Shown one piece after another: positions 22,604 through 36,617 of a stretch of 62,000 bases of DNA. The notes below the pieces were generated by a model. The model worked only from the letters and a program-made list of their open reading frames with translations, was not told the DNA's origin and did no database searches. The number at the start of each line of letters is the position of its first letter. The stretch's first letter is position 1. The position numbers and the translations under genes are program-made. This stretch comes from Octopus vulgaris (taxonomy: Eukaryota): the NCBI GenBank assembly GCA_951406725.2, contig OX597815.1:35546001-35608000 (forward strand), given 5' to 3'.

Positions 22604-23513
22604 GTAAGTCAATAGCTTCATTTATTCCTATCATCATTAGTTATTTCTATTCAACAAAACCAAAGGTAGCTGAAAAACACCATAACAAGTGAGACAGGTT
22701 TGTTTTAATAGATATGTGCATACATATGTAGCAGTTCTTGCATGCATGAAGTGGATTCGATCCACCACAGCCAAATTTAAATTAACGCTGCCACAGAACT
22801 TTTCCCATGGTGGAACAATGGTTTTTCTCTGACAGCAGTTTTACATTTTCCAGATGCCTTTAGCTAAGCCGAAATAATGTCTTCATCACTTGACTCTTTC
22901 TAACCTCTTCTACTTCACCAAAAGCTAGAATAGAGATAACACGACTACCAACTAAATCTATTGTTTTCAATGAAATATCTATCCTTCTGGATAGTTATAT
23001 AAGCAAGCACACCCCAAAATCAGTTAGTCACAGTCGGTGATGACTCAACAAAGTCTGGCTGACCAGCTAGAACCTTGGTCTGAGGGAGAAATGAAGTTTA
23101 CTGTCAGCAACTGTGAGACAACGTCCCTCATCTTACAATTCTCATTAGCTCTGATTCTGCTCTCTTACAACATCATTCTATCTCTCTCTGTAATTACTAC
23201 TACTAAACAATGAAGAGGATACAAACACAAACTTTACTTTGCATACTTTTGGATTTAGCATAACCTGCCTGTCGAGGCAAGGTATTTGTTACATAACGGT
23301 AAATGAATATTTCCTTTATACTTCATGCATTGTTCATCTTTCACATCCTACAGCAAGCAATTATAACAACAAATTATTACCGTTACACATATATCACAAT
23401 TTATTTTTTAATCAATGTTCAAGCTGTATCCATTCTGCTTTGGTTTCAGAGGAATGTGTATTGGACTGCAATTTGTGTTTCCTTTCTTAAATAATGTGGC
23501 TTAGTTGTGAAGG

Positions 23514-23816
23514 CACATGGCTTAGTGGTTGGGTTATTTGCTCACAATCGTATGGTCATGTGTTCAATTCCTAATAGTGCATTATGTCCTTGAGCAAGAC
23601 ACTTTATTTCATGCTGTTCCAATCCACTCATCTGGAAAAACTTAGTTTTACCTGTAATCCAAGAGGCCAGCCTTGTCACACTCTGTGTCATGTTGAATCT
23701 CCCTGAGAAATATGTTAAGGGTACATGTGTCTGTGGAGTACTCAGCCATTTGCATGTTAATTTCATTGAGCAGATCAACTGCAATATTCATCATCATAAC
23801 CGATGGAGTGCCAGTT
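23514..23816 (+). mobile_element. Older tRNA/CORE SINE sharing the family B 3' half
   Basis: GCACATGGCTTAGTGGTT head, GTCCTTGAGCAAGACACTTTATTTCA core, and CCTTGTCACACTCTGTGTC..AACCGATGGAGTGC tail. A related fragment lies near 26975-27115. Confidence 0.7.
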
Positions 23817-25176
23817 AGTTAAAGTGGTGTAAGGAAAAAGAGGTTTGACAATTACAGCAACATGTTGTGTAGCTACATAAAGATTCCATCACTAGTTGTT
23901 AAATGCCCATTCCTACTTTCCAGAAATGTAGTGGTTGATTAATTAAAGTTCTGTCTTACTGACCTGGAGATGCTCAATTCAAAATAACTCATAGAAATCA
24001 ATAGCCATATCATTTTAAATACTTATTGAAATATCTCTCTGAACTGTGAAGTCAGTCTTTCACTTAAATTCCCTAAAGAAGGTAGAGTAATCTATCTTGC
24101 CTGTTATTACAACAACAGACTTTACACTCTGTTTACTCTCTTTTACTTGTTTCAGTCATTTGACTGCAGCCATGCTGGAGCACCGCCTTTAGTTGAGCAA
24201 ATCGACCTGGGACTTATTCTTTGTAAGCCCAGTACTTATTCTATCGGTCTCTTTTGCCGAACCACTAAGTGACAGGGACGTAAACACACCAGCATCGGTT
24301 GTCAAGCAATGCTAGAGGGACAAACACAGACACACAAATATATACACACACATACATGCTGGCAGAAACCTTAGCACGCCGGGCGAAATGTGTAGCCGTA
24401 TTTCGTCTGCCATTACGTTCTGGGTTCAAATTCCGCCAAGGTCGACTTTGCCTTTCATTCTTTCGGGGTCGATAAATTAAGTATCAGTTACGCACTGGGG
24501 TCGATGTAATTGACTTAATCCGTTTGTCTGTCCTTGTTTGTCCCCACTGTGTTTAGCCCCTTGTGGGTAGTAAAGAAATATATATATACATATATACGAC
24601 AGGCTTCTCTCAGTTTCCATCTACCAAATCCACTCACAAGGCTTTGGTTGGCCCGAGGCTATAGCAGAAGACACTTGCCCAAGATGCCACGCTGTGGGAC
24701 TGAACCCAAAACCATGTGGCTGGTTAGCAAGCTACTTACCACACAGCCACTCCTGTGCCTGTTTACATTTATATGCCATTTGGTAGCCAAGTGGCTTACA
24801 TTTTCAATATTCGCACAACAATCAGAATAATTTTTTTGCCTAGTTACAGAGAAAATTTTGACAACAGATTTAGATACATCAAAACAATTTTTTGTATAAT
24901 TCGCTTTTGTCTGCTGAGGCCTTTTTGGTCAATATGACATTTTTAAATGGTAAAAACAGTCTCCTTCTCCTTACATTACTGCTATTAGAAAATGTGATTG
25001 CACATTGAAATTGATCTCAGTTTTTATGGCTTTAAGCTATTGCATGGTATTTCTTCCTTCATATAAACTACTAGTTTGTTCTAAGGTTGACTTGTGGCTA
25101 AATTCGACATATGCATCGCTAGTAGCCAACAAGACCCTCATCAATTATATATATGTTCTTACTGTTTACAGTGTTG

Positions 25177-25384
25177 TTGTTGTTGTTGTTAAGCAACAAA
25201 ATGGGTAAGGGTGATTAGGTGATAATCTAGGGCTTTGTGGCGGGAAACCCCAGACCTTGAAGGAAAAAAAAAATTTGGTCGTCTTGTTGTAGTCGAGGGC
25301 TCTTCGTTGACGCCCGACACCACTGGGAGGTGGCCCTCGAAGTCGCTGGAAATGGAGATTTCCAGGTCCAAATTCTTGGATGGT
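25177..25384 (-). mobile_element. 5'-truncated LINE 3' end with (CAA)n tail and 14-bp TSD
   Basis: TGTTTACAGTGTTG duplicated at 25163-25176 and 25385-25398. (GTT)n tail on +. CpG-rich, so probably recent. Confidence 0.75.
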
Positions 25385-25535
25385 TGTTTACAGTGTTGAA
25401 CCATCAAGGTTAACAGAGCCATTAAGACTTTTGTCTTTAAAAGGAATATATACCTTCCTCAGAAATATAAATAGATATGATATGAAATGCAAAAGTCTTT
25501 TTGAGTTGATATATAAAATGTATTTATTGTTACAG

Positions 25536-25677
25536 ATATGTATTGCTGCATCATGTGATGGGTCAGCTGGAAGGTGTGAAAGGTGCTTGGGGTTATGTCC
25601 AAGGTGGTATGGGTTCAGTCTCTCAGGCAATTGCTAATTGTGCCACAGACCAAGGTGCAGATATTTTCACAAACAAG
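25536..25677 (+). CDS. PYROXD2: PYROXD2 coding exon 9
   Basis: [47 protein letters not shown]; TACAG| and |GTATTG. Confidence 0.97.
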
Positions 25678-26539
25678 GTATTGCTTTTTTATTATTCTTA
25701 ATCTTTGTTTGATTTTTACATTTAGTTCTTTCTCAGATGAATATTGTTACCTTCCAGTGTCAACTGCAGAAACATACCATGAATTTTCTGATCTTCCAAT
25801 AGATATTCCTATCTGTAGAAATATATGACACGATTACTGTGAGTTTAGGGTACTGCATTACTATTCACTAAGTCATAAACTGAAATGCATAAGTCAATTT
25901 GCCCCAGTTTGTATGACTGATAAGTAGTTCAAACCTTTTTGTGACTGTATTTTGAAAATAATTAAGAATTTGGATTGATTTAGTAAATTAACATTTTTAT
26001 TATTATAATTAAACTGGTTTTTGGAACATAGTTTAATAAATATTTCTTAATATAAAATTATGATAAAAAGTTTTAATTTAAATGTAAAGAGTTTAAAAAC
26101 AGAATCAGAGACAATCTCAAGCAGGTTGGCATCAACATGGTTAAATCCTGTTTCAAAGATGACAAGATAGTGATATGAAGGACAGTCAAGGTGACAATTT
26201 TTACTCTGTTAATAAACACTCCACTCTTTATAATATGCAGAATTAGAAGTAAATTATTAAAATATCAAATAATATCCACTAGTCAAATGGTCGTTTTATG
26301 GCTTGTATTGTTGATATAAGATGCTTAATCTCAGATGTGATAAAGGTGAACTAAAGAGTTCAACTTTATCAGTATGAATATCTACTGAATAAATTATCTC
26401 AAAATCTACCCAAATAACACATGTAATTATATTCTTCAATCTTATGACATAATGTGAGATTATACAGTATTATCTTTTCTTATGTTCATGTGTCAAAAGA
26501 TTTGTAAAATGTATATTATCAACACCACCTTTCTTAATT

Positions 26540-26830
26540 TCATTGCAATCTATTGGAAGTTAATATTTTCTCTGTTGACATCCATCTCAGTTAATTTTGC
26601 TTTTCTCCCAATTCTGGGCTTTCTTGAAGAAAAGCCCTTACATAACTGAGATGCAATCTCAACCCAAAATTTCATATCATCATAGTCCTTTGGTAATGGA
26701 GGTACCTAGTGGCTTTTTACATAAACAATATATGAATTAACAATAGCTAAATTCACAAAAAACCACAAAATGTACCTCCGCCATTTCTTTCCAGGCCATC
26801 CAACTGGGTAGTATGCCCAATACTGGTTGG
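26540..26830 (-). mobile_element. piggyBac transposase C-terminal remnant
   Basis: YYPVGWPGKKWRRYILWFFVNLAIVNSYIVY..KFWVEIASQLCKGF resembles the piggyBac KWW..IF..LD.A..NAYILY segment. Confidence 0.65.
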
Positions 26831-27119
26831 AGTTGTCAATACTACCCATCAGCTTTGCCACAGTCAGATTGAATGAAACAAGTAAAAGAATATCTGTGCT
26901 ATAGCATGCATACCACCACATCAGCATTCTGAGCATACTTGAAATTGTTTTATTTTGTACTTATAGAAAATTTGAGGTACCCCACTGGGCTGTGTGTTGT
27001 GTTCTTGAGCCAAACACTTCATTTCACATTGCTCCAGTCCACTCGGCTGTAAATAAATAACCCTGTGACAGACTGGCATCCTGTGCAGGTGGAATGTTTT
27101 GATCTTGGTTATTCACAAT

Positions 27120-27334
27120 GGGGTGCTGTAAAGTTCCTGGCTTCAAGGGCATTGGGAAAGGTCTGATTAGAAACCAAACCTTCTCAGTTTTTTTTACAGG
27201 GCTTAGAAAAACTGAAGGACTGCTGCAATAAATGTGCGAATCTGAGAGGGGAATATGTTGAATGAAGTTATAATTAACTGATCCGCCTATATTTTCTTTT
27301 ATCCAAAGCCAGGAACTTTTCAGGAGCCCCCTCA
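27120..27334 (+). mobile_element. Mariner MITE
   Basis: TIR GGGTGCTGTAAAGTTCCTGGCTT / AAGCCAGGAACTTTTCAGGAGCCCCC, with transposase C-terminus GLEKLKDCCNKCANLRGEYVE*. Confidence 0.8.
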
Positions 27335-27951
27335 TATATACCATAGAAACCAGGTAACTGGCTCTATGATTCCTGAGACTGGAGATACTAATGTCCAAGG
27401 GTTGAGGAGGAGGAATAGTCATAGGATACCTCAGAATAAAATAAGAGTAGAAAAATGGTTTAATTTTTATCCAATAAAAATATGGATTCAGTTACACTTT
27501 TCACAAATAACTTCAGTTTTTCTTTTATCACTTCAAGCTCCCAAACTATTTGCTAATAAAACAAAAGTATAACATTTATCCCTTTCAAGAATAATATATA
27601 ACTAAATTTATTTCATTATACATTTATATGTAACTAATATATAATATATATAATTTATAACTAAATTTATTTCATTATACATTCATTTGATTGGTTATAT
27701 TCACTTGCACTTATTCATTGACAAACCCCAATACTTCGTTTTTGGTTTTATTCATACAATTGCAGTAGCTAAGACAGCAGAGTACTAAATCGACTACTTC
27801 ATTGTAATGCATCTAGTTTTGTATTTCATAGATATCAATAGAGTAATAAACTATTCCATTTCAATTGACTCTAGCTTGACTTTGCACCTAATCAAAAGAA
27901 GTATTTATTCTCAGGTCAACCCACTGTTATCTCCCTTGTATTTTATTCCAG

Positions 27952-28083
27952 CCTGTCAGCACCATTCTGATAGAGAACAACAGAGCTAGAGGTGTTGTTC
28001 TAGAAGATGGTACTGAAGTAATTGCTCGAGCAGTATTGTCCAATGCCACTCCTAAAGTTACATTTTTGGATCTTCTTCCAAAA
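27952..28083 (+). CDS. PYROXD2: PYROXD2 coding exon 10
   Basis: PVSTILIENNRARGVVLEDGTEVIARAVLSNATPKVTFLDLLPK; TTCCAG| and |GTCAGT. Confidence 0.96.
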
Positions 28084-28342
28084 GTCAGTATTTTTTTAAT
28101 TAGTAAATTATTTGTATTTATTTGCCATTTCCTTTTCCTTAATGCATTTTCTCTTTTTTCTTGTTTAGAGTTATGGCATAATTAAACCAATTTTCAGAAA
28201 TCTGTCCTGCTTCAGACATAGTTTATTATGTTTGAGAAGGACATAAATGTACTTTAAGCACAGCATAGCAAGGTGTGTTCGGTGATGAGGCAGTAAAATG
28301 TGTTTTGATGCAAGTTATTACTTAAGTATGTGAGATACAGTG

Positions 28343-28450
28343 CTATAGCAAGATGTTTGATGTGATATAACAAGATGTTTGATGTGTTACAGCAAGATGT
28401 TTGATGTGATATAACAAGGTGGTTGATGTGATTTAGTAAGATGTGTTTGG
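28343..28450. repeat. 22-bp minisatellite, about 5 imperfect copies
   Basis: ATATAACAAGATGTTTGATGTG-like units in direct tandem. Confidence 0.8.
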
Positions 28451-28737
28451 GGTGAGGTACAATAAGTTCTAATGAAGGTGCTGTGCACTGGTTCTATACT
28501 AAATATTTGACCAAAATACAACTGTCAAGAATCCAGTCCATCTAGATGTAAATAGGTTTTAAAGAATAGTACAATTCCTTGTTGTAAGCAATAGGAGGAT
28601 TATATAGTTGAAACAGGTCTTCAAGACTGCAGTACACTGGCTAACTCTTCCTTCTCTGAGACTAATTCAGAGCCTGTGAAGTGAGAATCAGTGGAGGTTT
28701 TAGGAAGAAGAAAGATGAGTGAACTGTAAGATCTTCC

Positions 28738-29014
28738 CCATGACTTTCGGAAACATTTTTTCATGCTAAAAGTTGCTGAAGCATGGAACAAACTGCCGGT
28801 ATCAGTTGTTAGTTGTTGGAGCACTGCATCCTTCAAAACTTCCATGCTTCCTGAGATTTGCCAACACTACACCTGATTTTCTCCCTTCCATACACACGCA
28901 AGAATGTATCTGACTCATACACTGTTCACTTTCCAGACATTTGTACATTACTGCATACGCTTTATATGCACTTTTGACAAGTTGTGGTGCACCTGAGCAC
29001 TGTATACAATAATT

Positions 29015-29069
<55 letters not shown>
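28738..29069 (+). mobile_element. CR1-group LINE 3' end with (ATT)n tail
   Basis: HDFRKHFFMLKVAEAWNKLPVSVV..SFKTSM..* (R..FF..RV...WN.LP motif), 3' UTR, then (ATT)n at 29017-29069. Confidence 0.8.
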
Positions 29070-29070
<1 letters not shown>

Positions 29071-30030
29071 GGGTATGGGGCATATAGTTCAGAAAAGAAG
29101 CCATTGTAATAGCAATAGAAGGAGAGCAGAAACCCTATTTGTGAGTAAGTTGTTGCTGCATGTAGGTGAGTGCATCATTGCCAATCAGTTTAATGATTGG
29201 CAATCTGTTGAATGTGAGCTAGTGTGTGTGTATGTGTACATATGTGTGAGTGCGTATATAGTAACATCCCATTTATGTAAATAGTACTCCACTTCATCTG
29301 GTAACTGTCAAGTAAATAATATATTTAACTCACAAGAGATCAATATAATCCTTTCTACAGTAGGCACAATGCCTGGAATTTGTAGGGAGTAGGATAGTCG
29401 ATCAGATTAACCCCAGTACTTGACTGGTTCTTAATTTATCTACCTCGAACAGACAAAAGGCAAAGTTGGCCTTGGCAGAATTTGAACCCAAAACGTAAAG
29501 CATTTTTCCCAGCATGCTAACAATTCTGCCTGTTTGCTGGTTTCAACAACAGATCAACATAATGTTGACAGAATTATCAACATTGTTTTCCAGTAGAGTT
29601 TAATAGCCATTACAAAGTAATTTCTGAAGAAAATTATAGAACATCATAGAGAATATGAATTAAGCTTCAGAGAACTTACTACACCAAATATAAATGAAAA
29701 GCTAAAAAGAGGCAAAATTATGACACCTTTGTGGTTTGATCTGAATGTTACTAATCAAAATCTTTCCTACTTTCCCAATCTATCTTTTCTAAAACTACAT
29801 TCCTCTTGAATTACTTCTTTGTCTATGTTTTTACTACAAACAAACCGAATATGCACAGTTTTCATAGGTCCTGCAAACATCATTATCACTGGTCATCTTC
29901 CTTCCACTATCTTATTTTTAGATGTTAGAAATCTAAAATTGGTTTACAGTAAAGGTAGATGAAGTAAAATTAGATGAAGTAGATGAAGTAAAATTAGATG
30001 AAGTCAAGTTTCTAATTTGCAATATTTCAG

Positions 30031-30103
30031 GGAACCTTATCCACTGACCTTACCAAAGAAATAGAAGTGATAGATTATACTTCACCAGTGACAAAGATCA
30101 ATG
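30031..30103 (+). CDS. PYROXD2: PYROXD2 coding exon 11
   Basis: GTLSTDLTKEIEVIDYTSPVTKIN-V; TTTCAG| and |GTAAGA. Confidence 0.95.
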
Positions 30104-31292
30104 GTAAGAAAAAAATTGTGCTTTCTTTTATATTTATTTATTTATAATAAAAATTAGCTTTCTGCACATGTGTCTACAGGCAAGATGTTTTGAGGAAGAC
30201 TGGCAGTTTGTATGTGGCTGCTCATTTTGCTAGAAATGATAGCCAAATCTCCTCTAAACTTTTCCATACCATTTTTAAAATGACTGAATATACAGAATAA
30301 TATAATTCTGAATATAACATGTAAGAAAAAAAACCAGGCTTGGGCCAAATATTCAGCACCCTTGGCCCAGCCCTACCAATTACATGACCTTCTTCCAGTC
30401 CAACAAAGTGTAACCTGCTTTTCCCAATCCCACAATAAATCTCCAATTTTTCCCCTGAACATCCTTCTGCTATCTCTTCCTTAGAAAATACAGTCAGAAA
30501 ATTAATTAATTACAAACAAATAATCAAGTAAATTTTTACTTGAAATATTTCATGTTGAATCATGTGGCAGGTCATAACACTACATAGACCTCTCACCCTG
30601 CCTTGCCACTTACCCATGTCCTTTCTTCTTTGTTCCAAGAATGACCTCACTTCCTTTCATTCATGTTTCAAACTGTATTAAGAAATTTTGAGTAGGTTAC
30701 TTGATGTGGGAGGACCCTGATTTTAATGCCTGAGGCAATCAACCAGTTTATCTAATGCATAACACTTGCAACAGTTCCCTATTAATGACAGGAATGTAAC
30801 AGTCTCTCTCAATCTTTTGATTACCCATCATCATCATCATCATTTAATGTCCACTTTCCATGCTAGCATGGGTTGGACAAGTTGACTGAGGTCTGGCGAA
30901 CCAGATGGCTGCACCAGACTCCAATCTGATCTGGCAGAGTTTCTACAGCTGGATGCCCTTCCTAATGCTAACCACTCTGAGAGTGTAGTGGGTGCTTTTA
31001 CGTGCCACTGGCACGAGGGCCAGTCAGGCGGTACTGGCAGCGACCATGCTCAAATGGTGCTTTTTATGTCCCATATTTAACAATGTAAATTATATTGAGG
31101 TTTAGCAGTGTAACAACAAAGCAATCAAATAAAATTAAAGCTTTGAAAAGCTAACTTATTTGAGAGGAGTGGTAGTGGATCTGATGTTTAGAAATAAAGT
31201 CAAATAATTGAATAAATAATTTATTTAAAGTCATAAAAATTGCTAATTGAGATTTTTCTTTTTTCCTTCCAAATACCAACATGTTATTTTAG

Positions 31293-31449
31293 TCGCTGTG
31301 AAAGAGCTGCCCAACTTTACTGCTGATCCAAACACCAAGAAGAACACACCAATGCCACATCACCAGTGTACCATCCATTTAAACTGCGAACACACTGATT
31401 TAATTCATCAAGCTTATCTCGATGCACAAAATGGGTATCCTTCACGCAA
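31293..31449 (+). CDS. PYROXD2: PYROXD2 coding exon 12
   Basis: AVKELPNFTADPN..PMPHHQCTIHLNCEHTDLIHQAYLDAQNGYPSR-K; TTTTAG| and |GTAATA. Confidence 0.97.
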
Positions 31450-32659
31450 GTAATAGAGAATTTCAACTTTTGAGCCTTTGTTGCTTAGTTCTTACTATCT
31501 TATACTTATTTTAGTCATTGAACTGTGGCTATGCTGGAGCACTGCCTTGAATGATTTAGTCAAACAAATCGACCCCAATACTTATTCTATCAGTTTGTCA
31601 AACTGCTAAGTTATGGGGACATAAACACCCCAACACCTGTTATCAGGAGATGTGGAGGCAAATACAAATGCAAGACACACACACATATATTTACATATAC
31701 AACATATTTCCATTGTTTCCCTCAACTAAATTCACTCACAGACATTGGTCAGCCTGAGGTTAAAGTAGAAGACACTTGTCCAAGGTGCCACACAGTAGGA
31801 CTGAACCTGAAACTACATGGTTGAGGAGCTAGCTTCTTAACCACAAAACCATGTCTGCACCTAGCTGTTGTCATTGCTGTTGTTATTATATATGATATTT
31901 TAAGTTAACAGTTATATACTATTGTTTGTTAATATTATATCAGTATCATCATCATATCTCATTCTTTCTCCTAATCATCATCATACTACAGTCCTCATTA
32001 GCATCGTTATTTTCCTTACCATGATCACTGCCATCATCATTATCATCATTGTTCTCGTCACTAAAAGTATTAACAACTTGATAGAATTTTTAGATCATCA
32101 GACAAAATGACTTACAGCCCTCTCCTTTTTAAGTTCAAATCTCACAGAGGTCATCTGTCTTTCTTCCTTCAAAAATAGAATTTCCTTCATTAAAATAGAA
32201 TACCAGTAAAGTACTAATATCAATTTAATTAACTGGCTCCTCCACCTCTTCCTCCACTAAATTTGTGACATAGTGTTTATGTTAGTAAATAGCTGGCCCT
32301 GTGCTGTCAAAAATGAAGCTAATTGTAGTGTTTTATATATAAACTAGCAGAGATACCTGACATTACTTAGGATTAAAATGGATTAGTCTTTTATTGTTTT
32401 ACTTGTTTCAATCATGTGACTGTGGTCATGTTGGAACACTGTCTTTAGTCAAACAAATCAACGCCAAGATTTATTTCTAAGCCTAGTACTTATTCAATCA
32501 GTGTCTTTTACAGAACTGCTAAGTTATGGGCATGTAAACACAGCAACATTGGTTGTCAGACGATGGTGTTGCATACAGACACACAAACATACACACACAA
32601 ATATACACATACATACAACAAGCTTTCAATTTCCGTATACAAAATTCACACAAGGCTTT

Positions 32660-33280
32660 GGTAAACCTGACATGCGTAATCTTGCAAAGAATGAAGCCAG
32701 TATGCTCCGATGGATGTGTAATGTCAGTGTGCATACTCAACAGATTGTAAGTACCTTGAGAGAAAAGTTAGACCTAAGAAGCATCAGATGTGGTGTGCAA
32801 GAGAGACAACTGCACTGGTATGGCCGTGTGACAAGAATGGATGTGGATAGCTGTGGGAAAAGTGCCACACCCTAGCGGTTGAGGGTACCTGTGGAAGAGG
32901 TAGACCCAGGAAGACCTGGGATGAGGTAGTGAAGCATGACCGAACATTGGGCCTCACTGAGGCAATGACTAGTGACCGGGACCTTTGGAAATATGCTGTG
33001 CTTGAGAAGACCCGGAAAGCCAAATGAGACCATAACCTCATGACCTATGCCAGGGGTGTAACCAGACCACTTATGCACACCTTTCCTTCATTGGGCACTA
33101 AAGTCTGCTTGCGAAGACCTGTTGAGGCAATCAAAATCGAAATCAAATTTGATGACTGGCATCCGTGCTAGTGGAGCACTAAGAGCACCATCCAAGTGTG
33201 ATTGTTGCCAGAGTGGCTAACTGGCTTCCATGCTGGTGGCATGTAAAAGCACCATTCAAGCGTGATCGTTACCAGTGACA
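32660..33280 (+). mobile_element. RTE LINE ORF C-terminus plus start of 3' UTR
   Basis: NEASMLRWMCNV..LREKLDLRSIRCGVQERQLHWYG..GRGRPRKTWDEVVK..LWKYAVLEKT..*. A similar older piece lies at about 47210-47670. Confidence 0.88.
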
Positions 33281-34200
33281 AAAAAACAGTCCTCTATACT
33301 CTACCAACATGCCAAAGACCGCCATAGAGGCAACTTGGGTCAACTTGACATCCACATCTTATCCAAGCACACACATAGCAGTAGTAATAGAAAAACAAAT
33401 TTTAAGAGAAAATCCTGTATACGATACCAAACTAAAGAGATTTAACAAATAATTAGGTAATCTGCAGTAACAAGATCAAATTCTTCTGACATTTAAAAAT
33501 GACTGCAGTTGATGGCTTATAAAATGCATGAGCTTGTTTTAGCAGCCTTTTCTTGAACCACCCATAAACTAAACCCTGACTGTATGTTTATAAGATAAAG
33601 ACTGATTTTCTCGGACATTTTTAGGTAAAATGTTTGCCTTATAAGCCATCATCACCATCATTTTCTTGTCCACTTTTCCGCACCTGCATGGGTCAGATGG
33701 AATTCTTTGAGGCAGGTTTTCTCTGGCCGGATGCCCTTCCTATAAGGAACCTCCACCTGTTTCCAGGTAAGGTAATATGTGGCAGGACCATGCTTTTATG
33801 GAAGACCAGAAACAAAGGACCTTGTTTGTATGACAGTGACATATGTTTACAACTATCCCATGATGCCAAGACAAGTACACACAGACAGACAGACACACAC
33901 ACACATACATATATATGGTGAATGAGCAAAAACAAAAAAAAACTAACACAAGAGGAGCAAGTTTCAACAAAGGTGTTATTAGTTTGTGTATATACACAAT
34001 GATCTTCAGTCTCCGTCCACCAAATCCATTTACAAGACATTGGTCAGCCAAGGGCTATAGTAGAAGACTTGTTGAGGATGCCATACAGTGGGACTGAACT
34101 CAAAACCATGTGGTTGGGAAGTAAACTTCTTCACACAGCCATCAAATATAATAATTTTACCTGATATTCTACTGATCTCATATATATATATATATATATA

Positions 34201-34584
34201 GTGGAGGCGCAATGGCCCAGTGGCTAGGGCAGCGGACTCGCGGTCATAGGACCGCGGTTTCGATTCCCAGACCGGGCGTTGTGAGTGTTTATTGAGCGAA
34301 AACACCTGAAGCTCCACGAGGCTCCGGCAGGGGATGGTGGTGATCCCTGCTGTACTCTTTCACCACAACTTTCTCTCACTCTTACTTCCTGTTTCTGTTG
34401 TACCTGTATTTCAAAGGGCCGGCCTTGTCACTCTCTGTGTCACGCTGAATATCCCCGAGAACTACGTTAAGGGTACACGTGTCTGTGGAGTGCTCAGCCA
34501 CTTACACGTTAATTTCACAAGCAGGCTGTTCCGTTGATTCGGATCAACCAGAACCCTCATCGTCGTAACCGACGGAGTGCTTCC
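34201..34584 (+). mobile_element. Full-length tRNA-derived SINE family B (GTGGAGGCGCAATGGCCCAGTGG head)
   Basis: A and B boxes, CpGs intact, 3' stem-loop ending GTGCTTCC, inserted in a (TA)n tract. Partial copy at 40284-40490. Confidence 0.9.
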
Positions 34585-34675
34585 CAGTATATATATATAC
34601 ATACATATATACATATATAATTTTTGATTTTATAAGCCTTTTCTTTTTCGTTTCTTCTTTTTTATTTTTTGAAAG

Positions 34676-34830
34676 GCCAGTCATTGAAATGGTGATTCCA
34701 TCCAGTGTTGATTCAACTATTTCTCCCCCTGGCTCTCATGTTGTCTTACTCTTTACCCAGTACACACCATACACTCTAAAGAATGGACTCTTTTGGGATG
34801 AAGAAGCCAGAAAGAACTATGCAGACATAG
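34676..34830 (+). CDS. PYROXD2: PYROXD2 coding exon 13
   Basis: [52 protein letters not shown]; GAAAG| and |GTAAGC. Confidence 0.97.
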
Positions 34831-36199
34831 GTAAGCTTATCATTTGATTTATTATCATACGAGATGCCAATATTAAGTTAATCATTCTGCAGGCATGTCT
34901 TTGCAGCTAAAAAAAATTGCTTTACATCCAAATAGCTTTGAGTACAATCCTTCTGTGTAGTACCTTGAACAAGTGTCTTCCACTCCAGCCTCAGATCAAC
35001 CAAATCTTCATAAGTGAAACTTGGTAGCTTGAAACTGACTGGGAGTCTGTTAGAGAGACCATTTTTGTTATTGGATAGTAGAATTTAATCTATCTCTCAA
35101 GTTTAATACCACAATCTGATACTTGAGTTATTTGTGGAACCCACTCTGTTGCAAGCCTCCAGACAAGTTCTCTGATCTGTGGATCAATTCTTCTTTTCCT
35201 CCAATCAGTCTCAGATATTCTGAGAAGAACCATGGTTGATTCCTTTCTTCTTCTGACCAAGCTATTTTTTTGACAATATACCATGCTTGAGGAGACTCGT
35301 CAAGCCTTGTGAAATCATAATTGTGGCCAATACTGGTGTCACATAACTGGCATCTGTGCCAGTGGCACATATAAGCACCCATACCATTGGCACATAAAAA
35401 GCACCCGTCACACTCTTGGAGTGGTTGGCATTAGGAAGGGCATCTAACCATACACACCATGCCACTTGGTGCATCTTTCCAGTTTACCAGTTCCAGTCAA
35501 ACCGTCTAACCCATGCCAGCATGGAAAACGGGTGTTAAATGATGATGATGATGATGGTGATGGTGATGATGATGATGATGATGATGATGTCAGCAACAAA
35601 ACTCGAGATCCTCTGATATTAAGAGAACACGAGATAAAGCTCCCTTGGACAGGATGTTTGGCTATCACAGGTAATTTACTCCCTATCTTACTAAAGCCTG
35701 TCCTGTACTTATCTCTGGGTGAGGTAGGCTGAGGCAATGCAAAATTAAATGTCTTGCCTTAGTGCACATCAAAAATCCGAGTGTGATCATTGCCAGAGCA
35801 GCTAACTGGCTTCTGTGCTGGTGGCACGTAAAAAGTACCATTTGAGCGTGATCGTTACCAGTGTTGCATTACTGGCACTTGTGAAAAAACATTTGAGTGA
35901 GGTTGTTGCCAGTGCCGCTGGACTGGCTCCTGTGCAGGTGGCACATAAAAAACACCACTTGAGCGTGGCCGTCGCCAGTACCGCCTGACTGGTCCTCGTG
36001 CCAGTGGCACGTAAAAGCACCCACTACACTCTCGGAGTGGTTGGTGTTAGGAAGGGCATCCAGTTGTAGAAACTCTGCCAGATCAGATTGGTGCCTGGTG
36101 CAACCATCTGGTTCGCCAGACCTCAGTTAAATTGTCCAACCCATGCTAGCATGGAAAGCGGACGTTTAACGATGATGATGATGATGATGATGATGATAA

Positions 36200-36233
<34 letters not shown>

Positions 36234-36617
36234 CAGTAGAACCTCACAGTACGAATGTAGCATTGTATGAGTAATTTGCTGTACGAGCCAAGAAACGTGC
36301 CAATTTTTGTCTTGAAGTATGAGCGGAAATCCACAGTACAAGCACACAAATCGTCTCATCTTTAAGGTACATCAGTTAATAAAACCAGTTTACACATTTC
36401 TTTTGCATTCTCTTTTTTATAATTTCACTTTATTTGTAACTACTACACCTTTATTTTTAAATCCATAAAAAATTATTTTTCAATGGTTTTGCGGGGCTGG
36501 AACTGATTAATTATATTTTAGTTAATTTCAATGGGAAATATTGATTTATAAAATAAGTAAATTGTAAGACGAGCTCGGTCATGGAACGAATTAAACTTCT
36601 ACTGCAAGGTTTCACTG
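36234..36617. mobile_element. Tc1/mariner-type (Tigger-like) MITE
   Basis: TA|CAGTAGAACCT ... AGGTTTCACTG|TA, non-coding 384-bp interior. Confidence 0.8.

Noticed and set aside
23034-23064. C/D box snoRNA (TGATGA...CTGA)
   Set aside because: The boxes are only 15 nt apart, far too short for a snoRNA.
34201-34275. SINE heads as genuine tRNA genes (also 19224-19288, 40284, 53262, 57200-57277)
   Set aside because: A and B boxes are present, but there is no closed acceptor stem and each runs into a repeated SINE body.
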